A DNA stretch of 64,000 nt from a virus (lineage: Duplodnaviria > Heunggongvirae > Uroviricota > Caudoviricetes). Below, in pieces: positions 26,824 through 36,400 of the stretch (position 1 is its first letter; each line of letters opens with the position of its first letter). Below the pieces are notes generated by a model, which made no database searches, was not told the DNA's origin, and saw nothing but the letters and a program-made list of their open reading frames with translations. The position numbers and the translations under genes were made by a program. Location: IMG/VR virus record IMGVR_UViG_3300045988_154997, positions 32,001 to 96,000 of that record; one strand, written 5' to 3'.

Positions 26824-27516
26824 TTAGACCATCCCTTTCTGGTGTCTTCTTACCTGCGACCAGGCGATAAATCCAGCCACAACAATAGTGGCAATACCGA
26901 AGATGATGCGTACTGTATCCCCACTAGAGATATGACCTTGTGCTTTATCCATAGCAGCGGAAACCTGCGGCATAACATCGGCCAGCTGCGCCAGACCAAT
27001 ACCTGCTGTAACAGTTGCGCCTGCTGTTTCTTTAGTTACAGGAACAGCCTTCACGGTTTTCACCGGCTTAACGACGCCAGCTCGACGCAGACCTTCCTCA
27101 ATAACTTCTGCCGCATACCAGGTGTTCAGCGTTTTTAGCGGACCTCGCCCATTCTCATGGCGAATGATTGCCTCAACCAAAGGTCGAAGAATGTCGTAAT
27201 CATGCAGATCGATGATCATGTCTGCGGTTACACCAACGGCTTTAGACACCTCATTAATGTAGGCGTCAGTGTTGTTTTCATTCGGCGGTGCCCAACGTTC
27301 AATAACTTCACGAATGGTATCGATACTTGAGCCGTCTTTTGCGCGACGTTTGTCGTGGTAGGTAATTAGAGTCACCGCCAGCGCACGAATCCCCCAAACA
27401 GGGTCTTTAAACGTGCAAAAGCGCGGTTCGTCTGGATTCGCAACCAGACCTTGCCACGGTGATCCTTTATCAAGATTACCGGGGTTATTATTACGAATGC
27501 CTCTCGGAGTCTTCAT
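26824..27516 (-). CDS. lysis-cassette protein, endolysin candidate with C-terminal transmembrane helix (function unverified)
   Basis: Conserved-looking GIRNNNPGNL motif near the N-terminus; hydrophobic C-terminus IIFGIATIVVAGFIAW; sits between the holin-like gene and the spanins. Confidence 0.3.
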   Translation of the reverse strand: MKTPRGIRNNNPGNLDKGSPWQGLVANPDEPRFCTFKDPVWGIRALAVTLITYHDKRRAKDGSSIDTIREVIERWAPPNENNTDAYINEVSKAVGVTADMIIDLHDYDILRPLVEAIIRHENGRGPLKTLNTWYAAEVIEEGLRRAGVVKPVKTVKAVPVTKETAGATVTAGIGLAQLADVMPQVSAAMDKAQGHISSGDTVRIIFGIATIVVAGFIAWSQVRRHQKGMV

Positions 27517-27529
27517 CCTTGATCTCCTG

Positions 27530-27865
27530 TTATTGCAGTCCATTTTTTACGCCATACGCGGCTAACCCCAAAAGCAGTGCAGTAATAAAGAACGACGTTA
27601 TTTTAGAAACAATGCCGCCAAAGAACCCACTGGAGATGGAATCTAACCGGTTAAGGAGTTTGTCCAGATTGGAGTGTTGAATACTATGTTGCGCCGGGGT
27701 CATATCACCAAAGTAGGTTTTCAGCTGATCATTGACCTCCTGGCCAATTTCTTCACGTAGCTCTTTACCTAATTTGCCAACAACCTCCCGAGCAACGATC
27801 GCGGCAATACGCTCAACTTGCTCTGTTGTAACGCTCGCCATCTCGTTCGACATGTTTTCCTCCAT
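27530..27865 (-). CDS. membrane protein, holin or antiholin candidate
   Basis: 111 aa with C-terminal hydrophobic helix ITSFFITALLLGLAAYGV; first gene of the lysis cluster. Confidence 0.3.
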   Translation of the reverse strand: MEENMSNEMASVTTEQVERIAAIVAREVVGKLGKELREEIGQEVNDQLKTYFGDMTPAQHSIQHSNLDKLLNRLDSISSGFFGGIVSKITSFFITALLLGLAAYGVKNGLQ

Positions 27866-27934
27866 GAAAAGTCAAATCGGGATGGCGGATTTATATCACA
27901 TTTCACCCTTTTGTTGTAGGTGTGTACTTACCTA

Positions 27935-28168
27935 TCATTCAGCATTGCAACGAACTGATGAGAAAGCACCTACTCCTACCCATCGCCAGTTATAGATGCT
28001 ACCCGCTTTGTATAAGGTATAGTCGTTCACTTTTTTAACAGCATATATGGGTATGACTGTCTCCTGTCCACCAATGATAGCCTCACCGTAACATATAGGT
28101 GTCGGCAATTTCTGGCAGCCAGTAAGAGAGAGAACAACAGCTATTGTTAGAAATAATCTTTTCATCAT
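27935..28168 (-). CDS. small lipoprotein (77 aa); possible superinfection-exclusion protein (Llp/Cor-like by context)
   Basis: Signal peptide MMKRLFLTIAVVLSLTGC with lipobox LTGC; immediately downstream of the tail-fiber locus. Confidence 0.5.
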   Translation of the reverse strand: MMKRLFLTIAVVLSLTGCQKLPTPICYGEAIIGGQETVIPIYAVKKVNDYTLYKAGSIYNWRWVGVGAFSSVRCNAE

Positions 28169-28175
28169 TTACTCA

Positions 28176-28784
28176 TCAGTTATACAGATTTCTATTTATT
28201 ACCGGTACTCTGCCATTTACGCTAAAACTATGGCCGCCATTAAGTTGGTTTACGAATATCGAGCTAACAGTATTTCCATATGCCGCATATCCATAAACCA
28301 TTGTCATGGCCCCGCCCGGTACTGGAACCGCGAACACATTTGCATATGTTGGGATTATCGCTGGCGGGTAATCAAAAACATGCCCTCCAGAACTGTTCCA
28401 CTCCGTATTATTAAGAAAGGTAAATGAAAGTGGGATATTTGCCGTATTATAGATCTCCTCTCCTCGCGCATTGAAAAAACTCATGCCCCAAGTTTCTTTT
28501 TTGGCTATACCTTTCGAAAATACGTATATCGTGGCACTAGAATCGCTACCCTGACCTCCGAAACTGTAAATCACCTGGTTGTTACGCACTATTCTGTTGG
28601 CTATTAATGAAACAGCTTTCGAATAGGCAACAAAAATCATCGGTGAACGATCTGGAGATATTTGGGTGTTAAACTCTGTCCCGCCAGACAAAGAAACAAC
28701 CTGCTTTCTCTGAAAAACGATAGGAGACAAAGAAGGAGACATCCAGACCTTCCCGTCAGATCGATATATCTTGCTTCCGTACAT
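28176..28784 (-). CDS. tail fiber-associated protein (202 aa), possible distal adhesin part
   Basis: Gly/Ser/Asn-rich beta-type composition; start overlaps the upstream ORF stop by 1 nt, in the -1 frame. Confidence 0.4.
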   Translation of the reverse strand: MYGSKIYRSDGKVWMSPSLSPIVFQRKQVVSLSGGTEFNTQISPDRSPMIFVAYSKAVSLIANRIVRNNQVIYSFGGQGSDSSATIYVFSKGIAKKETWGMSFFNARGEEIYNTANIPLSFTFLNNTEWNSSGGHVFDYPPAIIPTYANVFAVPVPGGAMTMVYGYAAYGNTVSSIFVNQLNGGHSFSVNGRVPVINRNLYN

Positions 28785-29038
28785 TATTTTTGAAAAACCA
28801 ATATGTTTAAATTGCCACTAGCTCCAGACCATGAAATGGTATTTCCAGAAACCGTAAGACTTGTGTATTTCCCATTGGTTACGTCCATTATGTAATAGTC
28901 GATTCCCAATCCCGCCTCAACCTCATATGTTCTACTTCCTGAACCAGAGGGAGTAAAATAATCGAGGTAATAAACAGGGGCCAACGCATCGACCATCTCC
29001 TGTCTTGATGGCGACCAAACCTGTGCACCATAGCTCAT
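28784..29038 (-). CDS. tail fiber-associated protein (84 aa); possibly the N-terminal part of a frameshifted or split gene with 28176-28784
   Basis: TAATG junction; composition similar to the downstream ORF. Confidence 0.35.
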   Translation of the reverse strand: MSYGAQVWSPSRQEMVDALAPVYYLDYFTPSGSGSRTYEVEAGLGIDYYIMDVTNGKYTSLTVSGNTISWSGASGNLNILVFQK

Positions 29039-29098
29039 AAATATATCCTTATACTTTTAAGCAGGGGCTGGTTTAGTTCCAGCCCCGATTGAAGTTGT

Positions 29099-32000
29099 TT
29101 ATTCTTTAGGTGAATTTAACTTCGTTTCAAGCTCCTCAACCCTTTTGGTCAATTGCTGAATATGATGAATGAGTGGTACAACCAAACGCTCATACATCAC
29201 TCCTTCAGCGACCATACCATTTGAGGAAATATCTCCTGGAGAATCATTATTTGTTGGTTCACGCCAATGGACATATTGCGGGGCAATCTCACCAACCTCT
29301 TCAGCAATAAGGCCGTAATACCCCCAATCCTTTCGGTCACCTCGACAAATTGAACGATACCAAACAGGTCTTAATGACAAAAGTTCATCAGCATATCGAT
29401 CTTGTAATGTTTCAATATCCTTTTTATAGCGCCTTGAAGATGTTGAACGCCAAACTGTATTGATACCTGGGTTTGGATCAATGTACATATTGGCACCGCT
29501 AGTAGTTGTGCCAATATCCCATATAGCAAACCCTCCACTACCGCCTGATTTGACAACCAGTGTTTCAGCAATAATATCCAGGTTGCCACTATAGCCTGTC
29601 AGTGATGATCTGCTTGCATAGGAACTTAGAAGGTTTGTTACCTCTGTTTTCGTATAAGCATTAAGGTTAGCCGCAGTCAAAGTAATATCGGCAGAGCCAT
29701 CAAACGCCACACCAGCAATTTTCCTTGCTGTCTGCAATTTTGTGGCTGTTGCGGCATTACCAGTAGTATTCTGATTACCGGTTGTATTCACACCAGGGAT
29801 TGAATCCTTAGCGGTATATACCTGCGCCCACGCTGACCATGCCGCATCAGTGGTATCTCTTCTGGAGCGAATGAAAACCGGCGCATGTGCACCGCTCGTA
29901 CCACTCCAGCCAATAAGCAACTCGCCCTCACCAGCAGCACTCGCACCTTTCATGTGCAATACGTTGCCATACGTGGTCGGGTAGCTATTGTTGTACGCCT
30001 CGTACATTTGAATGCCAGCAGTACCTTGAGTAGAACCGCTTAAAGCCGTAACTCGACCACGAGAAACCAATGTATTAATATTGATATCACCTGAACCATC
30101 AAACTTAACACCATTGATGTTTCTCGCTGTTTGCAACTTCGTAGCTGTTGAAGCATTGCCATTCAAGCTACCATTTACGCCACCAGTAACATTTAGTCCA
30201 TTACCAATAGACACAACACCGCTGCTATTATTAATTATAATCGGTCGCAAACTGTTCCATGAACCTAACGTATCTCCTGATGCTGTTAGCATGAAATATG
30301 TGCTGCCGCCGTCATTACGGATAAAGAACCCGTAGTTACCGTAAGCAATGCGGAAACCATTTGCATATTTTGAAACGATCTCACCAGAAGACGTTAACCC
30401 TCCAGATAATGTGCCACCTGAAAGCGGTAATGCTCCTACATCAGAAGCTGTTGGTTTGTTTCTAGTGTTATAAGAACGACGCCAGCCTGGTGCATAATCA
30501 CTTCCATTGTACACATAAATAAATTCCGCATTGTTAACACCACCATGACCCGATGTTGTTGTCGTTGTAACACGAATAGTGTAGTGGCTTGTTGCCTTAT
30601 TACTAAACACCTCAATCACGGAACCAGATAGATCGATCCTACCGCAACCAGTGTCGTCTATATAATTATTGTTGGCGTAAGTCCATGAGCACCGTGCGAT
30701 CCAATGTTTGTTTGTAAATGCCCCCTGATTATTTAGCCAAGTTATAAATTGAGCAGTCGTAAATGCCGTTCCGTTACCACTATTTAACCATCCAGCGGCA
30801 GCGGTTGGCGCGTTTATATCAGCCGGCTGAGGCATAAATCCAGTCGTGTAAACCTGCTCCCAACCACTTTCAAAACCATAGCCATCTCTTGAGGAACGGT
30901 AGAACAGACCACCATTTTTATAGTGAGCTTTAATTTGAAGCGTACGGCAACTACCTACACCGGTATAAAAGTTGGCAAGAATATAACTGTCGCCTGTTCT
31001 AGTTACATTGTAAGCACCAGATTCAGCATTCCACGGCACGCCACCATCAGCATCCGCATATGACCCTGTTGCCCTTCTTGCGAAAGCGGCAACATGCGCA
31101 GCGGTTAAAGTGATATCAGTAGAACCATCAAATGGAACACCGGATATTTTTCTTGCAGTCTGAAGTTTTGTAGCAGTTGCAGCATTACCAGTGGTGTTCT
31201 GATTACCCGTAGTGTTTACACCTGGAAGGTTGATATTTGCAGAACCGTCGAAACCAACTCCACCGATAGATCTTGCCGTCTGCAATTTCGTTGCTGTACT
31301 TGCATTACCATTTAATGTTCCGGTGATCCCACCAGTAACAGACAACGGACCTGAAACTGTTCCTCCGGTTGTTGGCAGTGCTCCAATATCTAACGGCGTC
31401 GGTTTCTGATGTGTGCTATACATCGTATAAACAACACCATCGGTAACGCTGGAAGGCTTACTCGCTGAATATGTTGGCGATGTATAAATAGAAACTGACG
31501 CATTTGCAGTACAATCCCAATGGATATTTACACTCGTCGCATAATTGCCAATTTCAACGTAAATATCATATGTATCGCCGGATGTGTTGATCCAGGCGAA
31601 ATTCGTTAATCCGACAGCTGTACGCTTCCACAAAGCACCTGTAATCCCTTTGGGGTTTCCATTGCCTGCTCGTAGAACCAGTTCTGAAATGCCTGCCTGA
31701 TGTGGGGAGCCGACGTTGTAACCAGCGCCACCAATCAATGCGATGTAAACGATGGAACTCGCTTGTGGCATTGTAACAGTAGCCAGTTTGAACCACCCGG
31801 CCCCGCCAGAGAAAGACATCGTTATTGAATTTAAAGTACCAATATCTTTCGGCGTTAATGTGATATCCGCAGTCAGTGCTTTCCCGTTAATTTTTCGGTT
31901 AGATGGCACCCTGCTGTTCGCATTGTCATTGACTACTTTAACTGCTTTTGGCGTTGCGGCCAGCGATTCACTGGTGCTGTCGACAGCACTGCTAAGTTTC

Positions 32001-33397
32001 ACAACACCTTTAGTTGTAAGGCTTGCGTCTTCCATCGCAACTGCACCGGCAATCTCTTCAGCACGATCAGCAGCAGCTTCCGCACGGGTCGCAGCGGATT
32101 CAGCAGCAGTTTTGCTCTGAGATGCTGCCGTCGCACTGCCTGCCGCCTCTGTTGCTTTCGTGGATGCCGTCGTGGCGCTGCCCTTCGCTGCTGACGCCTG
32201 TCTGGTCGCCTCATCTTTTGAAGCAGACGCAGATGATGCCGATGACGCCGCCGAACTGGCGGACGATGCGGCAGCCGTTTTTGAGGATTCTGCGCTGGTT
32301 TCCGACGCTTTCGCGTTCGTTTCGGATGTCTTCGCTGCGGAAGCAGACCTCGCTGCTGCGCTGGCCTGTTCAGTGGCTTCGCCAGCCTTCGTTGTGGCTG
32401 TTGAAGCAGACGATGCGGCACTTTCTGCCGATTTTCCGGCGGCGGTGGCACTGGCTGAGGCCTGCCCGGCACTTGTTGACGCGGCACTGGCAGACGACGC
32501 AGCCGCTGTTTTTGAGCCTGCCGCAGCCGAGGCGCTCTGTCCCGCTGCCGTTTCAGAAGACCTGGCGTTCGTCTCGGACGTTTTTGCCGCCTTCGCGGAA
32601 TTTCCTGCCGCCGTTGCCGAGGAAGCGGCATTACTGGCGCTCGAGGCTGCGCTCGTTTCTGATGATTTCGCTGCCTCTTTTGAGGCCGCCGCATCCCGGG
32701 CTGAGGTGGCAGCTTCTGACGCCTTCGTGGTCGCGGTGGATGCAGAAGTGGCTGCAGATTTTTGTGACGCTGCAGCATTCGTTTCAGACGTTTTCGCGGC
32801 ACCGGCACTGGTGGCCGCCGCGCTTTTTGAGGACTCTGCAGCGGATGCACTTTGAGACGCTTGAGAGGCTTTTTCTCCAGCGGTATTGGCGCTTTCTGCT
32901 GCTGCGGCAGCACTGGCCGCCGCCTCACGAGCTTTGTCGCCAGCAGCATCAATCGCGTCAGTGTTATTTTTATACCACTCAACGTTTTCGTTGTGCTCGT
33001 TGACGATCTGCATTAGCGGCTTAACGGTCACTTCTGTACCGTCTTCACGCTCGATTGTCACCTCATCCAGAGCAGTCAACCAACTGCGCATGGACTTGGA
33101 ATCAGCCGACATACGCGACATTAGTGCTGTAAAGCGCGCGCTAAACTGTGTTAAGTCGCCTTCATAGGTCGTAATGATTCGGCACGGAACTTCAGACTGA
33201 GTTTCGCCGGTATAAGGTTCTGAGAGAACAATGTTCGTATCACTGGTTACGCGCTTGATCTCATACAGCTTATTGTCGGGGCCAATGACGATCATCCCCG
33301 GCAACACACCATTAGCTGTTACGTTCCAGGCTGTCCCTGCCCCAACCAGAGTATTGCTGCCCTGTGTAAATGTGATAGTACCTTCCCTGTACCACAT
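29099..33397 (-). CDS. tail fiber protein (1432 aa) with Ala/Ser-rich repeat region, fibre repeats and C-terminal intramolecular-chaperone-like domain
   Basis: Repeated GN(A/S)ATATKLQTAR...GVxFDGSxDI fibre motifs; long AS-rich low-complexity segment; C-terminal DIETLQDRYADELLSLRPVWYRSI...GLIAEEV resembles self-cleaving chaperone domains of tail fibres/tailspikes. Confidence 0.8.
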   Translation of the reverse strand: MWYREGTITFTQGSNTLVGAGTAWNVTANGVLPGMIVIGPDNKLYEIKRVTSDTNIVLSEPYTGETQSEVPCRIITTYEGDLTQFSARFTALMSRMSADSKSMRSWLTALDEVTIEREDGTEVTVKPLMQIVNEHNENVEWYKNNTDAIDAAGDKAREAAASAAAAAESANTAGEKASQASQSASAAESSKSAAATSAGAAKTSETNAAASQKSAATSASTATTKASEAATSARDAAASKEAAKSSETSAASSASNAASSATAAGNSAKAAKTSETNARSSETAAGQSASAAAGSKTAAASSASAASTSAGQASASATAAGKSAESAASSASTATTKAGEATEQASAAARSASAAKTSETNAKASETSAESSKTAAASSASSAASSASSASASKDEATRQASAAKGSATTASTKATEAAGSATAASQSKTAAESAATRAEAAADRAEEIAGAVAMEDASLTTKGVVKLSSAVDSTSESLAATPKAVKVVNDNANSRVPSNRKINGKALTADITLTPKDIGTLNSITMSFSGGAGWFKLATVTMPQASSIVYIALIGGAGYNVGSPHQAGISELVLRAGNGNPKGITGALWKRTAVGLTNFAWINTSGDTYDIYVEIGNYATSVNIHWDCTANASVSIYTSPTYSASKPSSVTDGVVYTMYSTHQKPTPLDIGALPTTGGTVSGPLSVTGGITGTLNGNASTATKLQTARSIGGVGFDGSANINLPGVNTTGNQNTTGNAATATKLQTARKISGVPFDGSTDITLTAAHVAAFARRATGSYADADGGVPWNAESGAYNVTRTGDSYILANFYTGVGSCRTLQIKAHYKNGGLFYRSSRDGYGFESGWEQVYTTGFMPQPADINAPTAAAGWLNSGNGTAFTTAQFITWLNNQGAFTNKHWIARCSWTYANNNYIDDTGCGRIDLSGSVIEVFSNKATSHYTIRVTTTTTSGHGGVNNAEFIYVYNGSDYAPGWRRSYNTRNKPTASDVGALPLSGGTLSGGLTSSGEIVSKYANGFRIAYGNYGFFIRNDGGSTYFMLTASGDTLGSWNSLRPIIINNSSGVVSIGNGLNVTGGVNGSLNGNASTATKLQTARNINGVKFDGSGDININTLVSRGRVTALSGSTQGTAGIQMYEAYNNSYPTTYGNVLHMKGASAAGEGELLIGWSGTSGAHAPVFIRSRRDTTDAAWSAWAQVYTAKDSIPGVNTTGNQNTTGNAATATKLQTARKIAGVAFDGSADITLTAANLNAYTKTEVTNLLSSYASRSSLTGYSGNLDIIAETLVVKSGGSGGFAIWDIGTTTSGANMYIDPNPGINTVWRSTSSRRYKKDIETLQDRYADELLSLRPVWYRSICRGDRKDWGYYGLIAEEVGEIAPQYVHWREPTNNDSPGDISSNGMVAEGVMYERLVVPLIHHIQQLTKRVEELETKLNSPKE

Positions 33398-33489
33398 GTT
33401 GAATATGCTCCTTGATTTGGTGGGCTATCCTTGCCCACCATTAAGTATGTACCTACTTATTTTTACCGATATAAATATTTTTTTCTACA

Positions 33490-36400
33490 TTACAGAAGGC
33501 CAATTCTTACTCGTAGGACGTTGTTATCGTCATAAACGTCAATCCGCTGACCATTTATGACCAGTCGCCCATTACCCCCGCTATTACCGTTGATCTCAAG
33601 CGTTCCATTTTTGCCGAACCGCCATCCAGATCTACCGCTAACAAAATTGGTAGATTGCAGATCGCCTACTTTTGCATTGGTGATTGTGCCATCCTTGATA
33701 TACGCACCATTCATATAGGCGATACTGTTTTCGATAACAAATGGCGTGGTGATCTTCCCGTTAACAGAGTTGACCAAACCAAACCTGTCAGCCTGCACCA
33801 AAAACTGAGAAAGGCCAGTGGTGTCGATACCAAGCGCAATACCAGCAACATACTTCTGCCCTCCGCTCGTTGAAGTTTCCATTTTCAACGTCCACGCGGT
33901 TGACACTTTTTTGTTGGTATCAGCAATAGCTGTTGCCTGCTGTTGAATTGTCGCGGTATTTCCATCCACCTCTGCTTTCAGAGTATCGATTCGCCCACTC
34001 AGAGCATTATCTGCCTGCGTTCTCGCTGTCGTTTCAGTTGTTACCGCCGCGGAAATGTTGGCTGCCGTTTGAGACTCTAAGTTTGTGATTTGAGTCGCCA
34101 ATGCAGCATCTTGCTCTGTACGCGTTTTCGTTTCGGTTGCTACAGCCGCTTTAATATCCTCTTTGTATTGAGAGGTCAGCTTGGTGATCTGAGACGACAA
34201 CGCCGAGTCAGCATCAGTTCGAGCCTGCGTTTCAACTGCAACGGCCGCACTAATATCTTTCGCTGTCTGTGCTTTTAAACTTGAAACCTCTTTTGTTAAA
34301 GCGGTATCACCATCAGCACGAGCCGTTGTTTCTCTGGCAAGAGATGCCTCGAGATCATTAGCTTTTGCTGTAAGAGACGAAATCTGAGTGGACAATGCAC
34401 TATCGGCATCAGTCCTTGCCTTTGTCTCTACAGCAACCGCTGCGGCAATATCAGTTCCGGTTTGTGCTCGCAGGCTGTTAATTTCTCGTGAGAGCGCCTG
34501 GTCAGCACTTGCTCTGGCCTCCTGCTCCTGAGTGATGGCAGCGGATATATCACCGTCAACCTTTGACTGAAGCTGGTTTATTTGTTTGGCTAACGCAGAG
34601 TCCCCGCTTGCTCGGGCCTCCTGCTCACTACGTATTGCAGCAGAAATATCATCATCAACCTTTGCCTGAAGTTGGGTGATCTGGCTTGCCAGAGCCGAAT
34701 CTTCCGTTGCTCGGGCTTCTTGCTCTTCCTTAATAGCTGCGACGATATCGTTGCTTACTTTCGACTCAAGCTGAGTGATCTGTGTCGTCAGAGCTTCATC
34801 GGCAGATGTGCGAGCCTCCTGCTCTGTACTAATCGCCGCGCTGATATCTCCTTCAAACTTAGATTGCAGCTGAGTGACACGCTTTGCCAACGCTTCATCG
34901 CCATCGGCACGAGCGGTGGACTCTTCCAGAATACTGGCCTTAATGTCTTCGCCAATTTCTACGCGAATTTCCTCAACCTTCGTGGCCATTGCAGACATAT
35001 CATCAGCAAAGGTTTTCTGTGTTGTTGCGATCTTCGCGTTATTGACCATCTGCTTGTGCTGGTCTTCATCTTGACGAAGAGCCAGGTCAATATTTGTTTT
35101 GGCTAACGCCTCAATGTTCGTAGTCAGTTCTGCACTGGCACGATCGACCTCTGCAACCGTCTTTTTCATTTCTTCAACGGCAGCGGAGCTTTCCTCTACC
35201 GTTGACTGCAACACTTCCAGTTGTTTAGCGTTTGCAGCATCGCCTTCAACACGAGCCTCGCTTTCCTTAGCAATAAGAGCCGCCGCTTCATCTCTTGCAG
35301 CCTTTATTGCCTCGACTGTATTAGCGAGAGCTTTATCGTGTTCAGATACGGTGTTTTCGATTTCAACAATTGCAGCATCAGTAGCATCAATTTTTTCAAA
35401 CGCTTCATTGACCTTGTCGATCGTTGCCGAAACCTCACCTTTAAGCTCGGTTTGTGCGTTCTCCAAAGCATCGCTACGCTCGTTGAATTTTATTTCAAAA
35501 CCCGCGAGGTTATCGCTGAACTGCTTATCTAATTCAGCTATATCTTCCTTAACGTCGTTTACCGACCCCTCCAAAGATTCGACGCTCTGGTTGATATGCT
35601 CATTTAACTCGTCAACTGCTTCTTGAGAGGCTTTGCTGTTGATGTCCTCAAGCAGAGCCTGACCAAGCTCGGAAGATGTAATTTTGCCAGCCAGGAACGA
35701 CAGTACATCGCGAGTTGTCGCCTCTGTACCCAAGTTTGAGTTCGGAGGGCTTAACATACCTCGCTTGTTCGATGCTCGAACCCAGTAATACCACGTTTCG
35801 CTATCCCCAAGACCAGCATGTGTAAAGGTGGTGCTTGCAGACTCTGCGATCAGTTTCGCCGTATCCAGATTGTTGGTCTGGGATGCGTAAACATTAATGT
35901 GATCAAGGTCTACCGAATCTGGATTAACCCAATTCAGTATCACATTACGATAGTCTCCAACGGCCGTTAATGACGTTGGTGCATCCGGCGGTGTCATTGT
36001 GCCCAGCACCTGATAAACGGTACTGATAATTTCTGTTTTTTTACCGTTGAATGAAACCGCATACAGTTGGAAGTCGTAGCGTCCATTCTCCGCGACATTA
36101 ACGATTTCGTATTGCTCTTCGGTTACACGCGCCGATTGCCAGTTCGATACATTGTTTTCATCAGAACGTCGCCAACTGATCCAATACTCTGGAGATTTCC
36201 CTTCCCATGTTGCAGTCAGTTTTACTGACAGGTTGCCCGGGCTTGAGAGGTAAGTCCCTTCAGTGATTTGCAAATTAGACGGCTTGGAGTAAGTCGGGTC
36301 CAATACCGTCGTATTCTGCGGGATAAGCGTTGCACCATTGTCGATCGCCTCATATTTAGACGGATTGTTTTCAACAGCGGTGATGTCAAAGCTACCCGAC

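Noticed and set aside
31999-33003. Long ORFs in alternative frames and on the plus strand inside the tail fibre gene (for example 31999-32982 minus, 32023-33003 plus, 32160-32855 plus) with Pro/Arg/Gln-rich or Ala/Asp-rich translations
   Set aside because: They lie entirely within the Ala/Ser-rich repetitive part of the 1432-aa tail fibre ORF and are shadow frames produced by the GC-rich repeat; their translations are low-complexity with no start context.
33990-35626. Possible CRISPR array or non-coding tandem repeat suggested by periodic sequence and plus-strand ORFs 34672-35106 and 35099-35626
   Set aside because: The periodicity is a coding repeat of 28 amino acids inside the J-like gene on the minus strand, with no spacer-like unique units.
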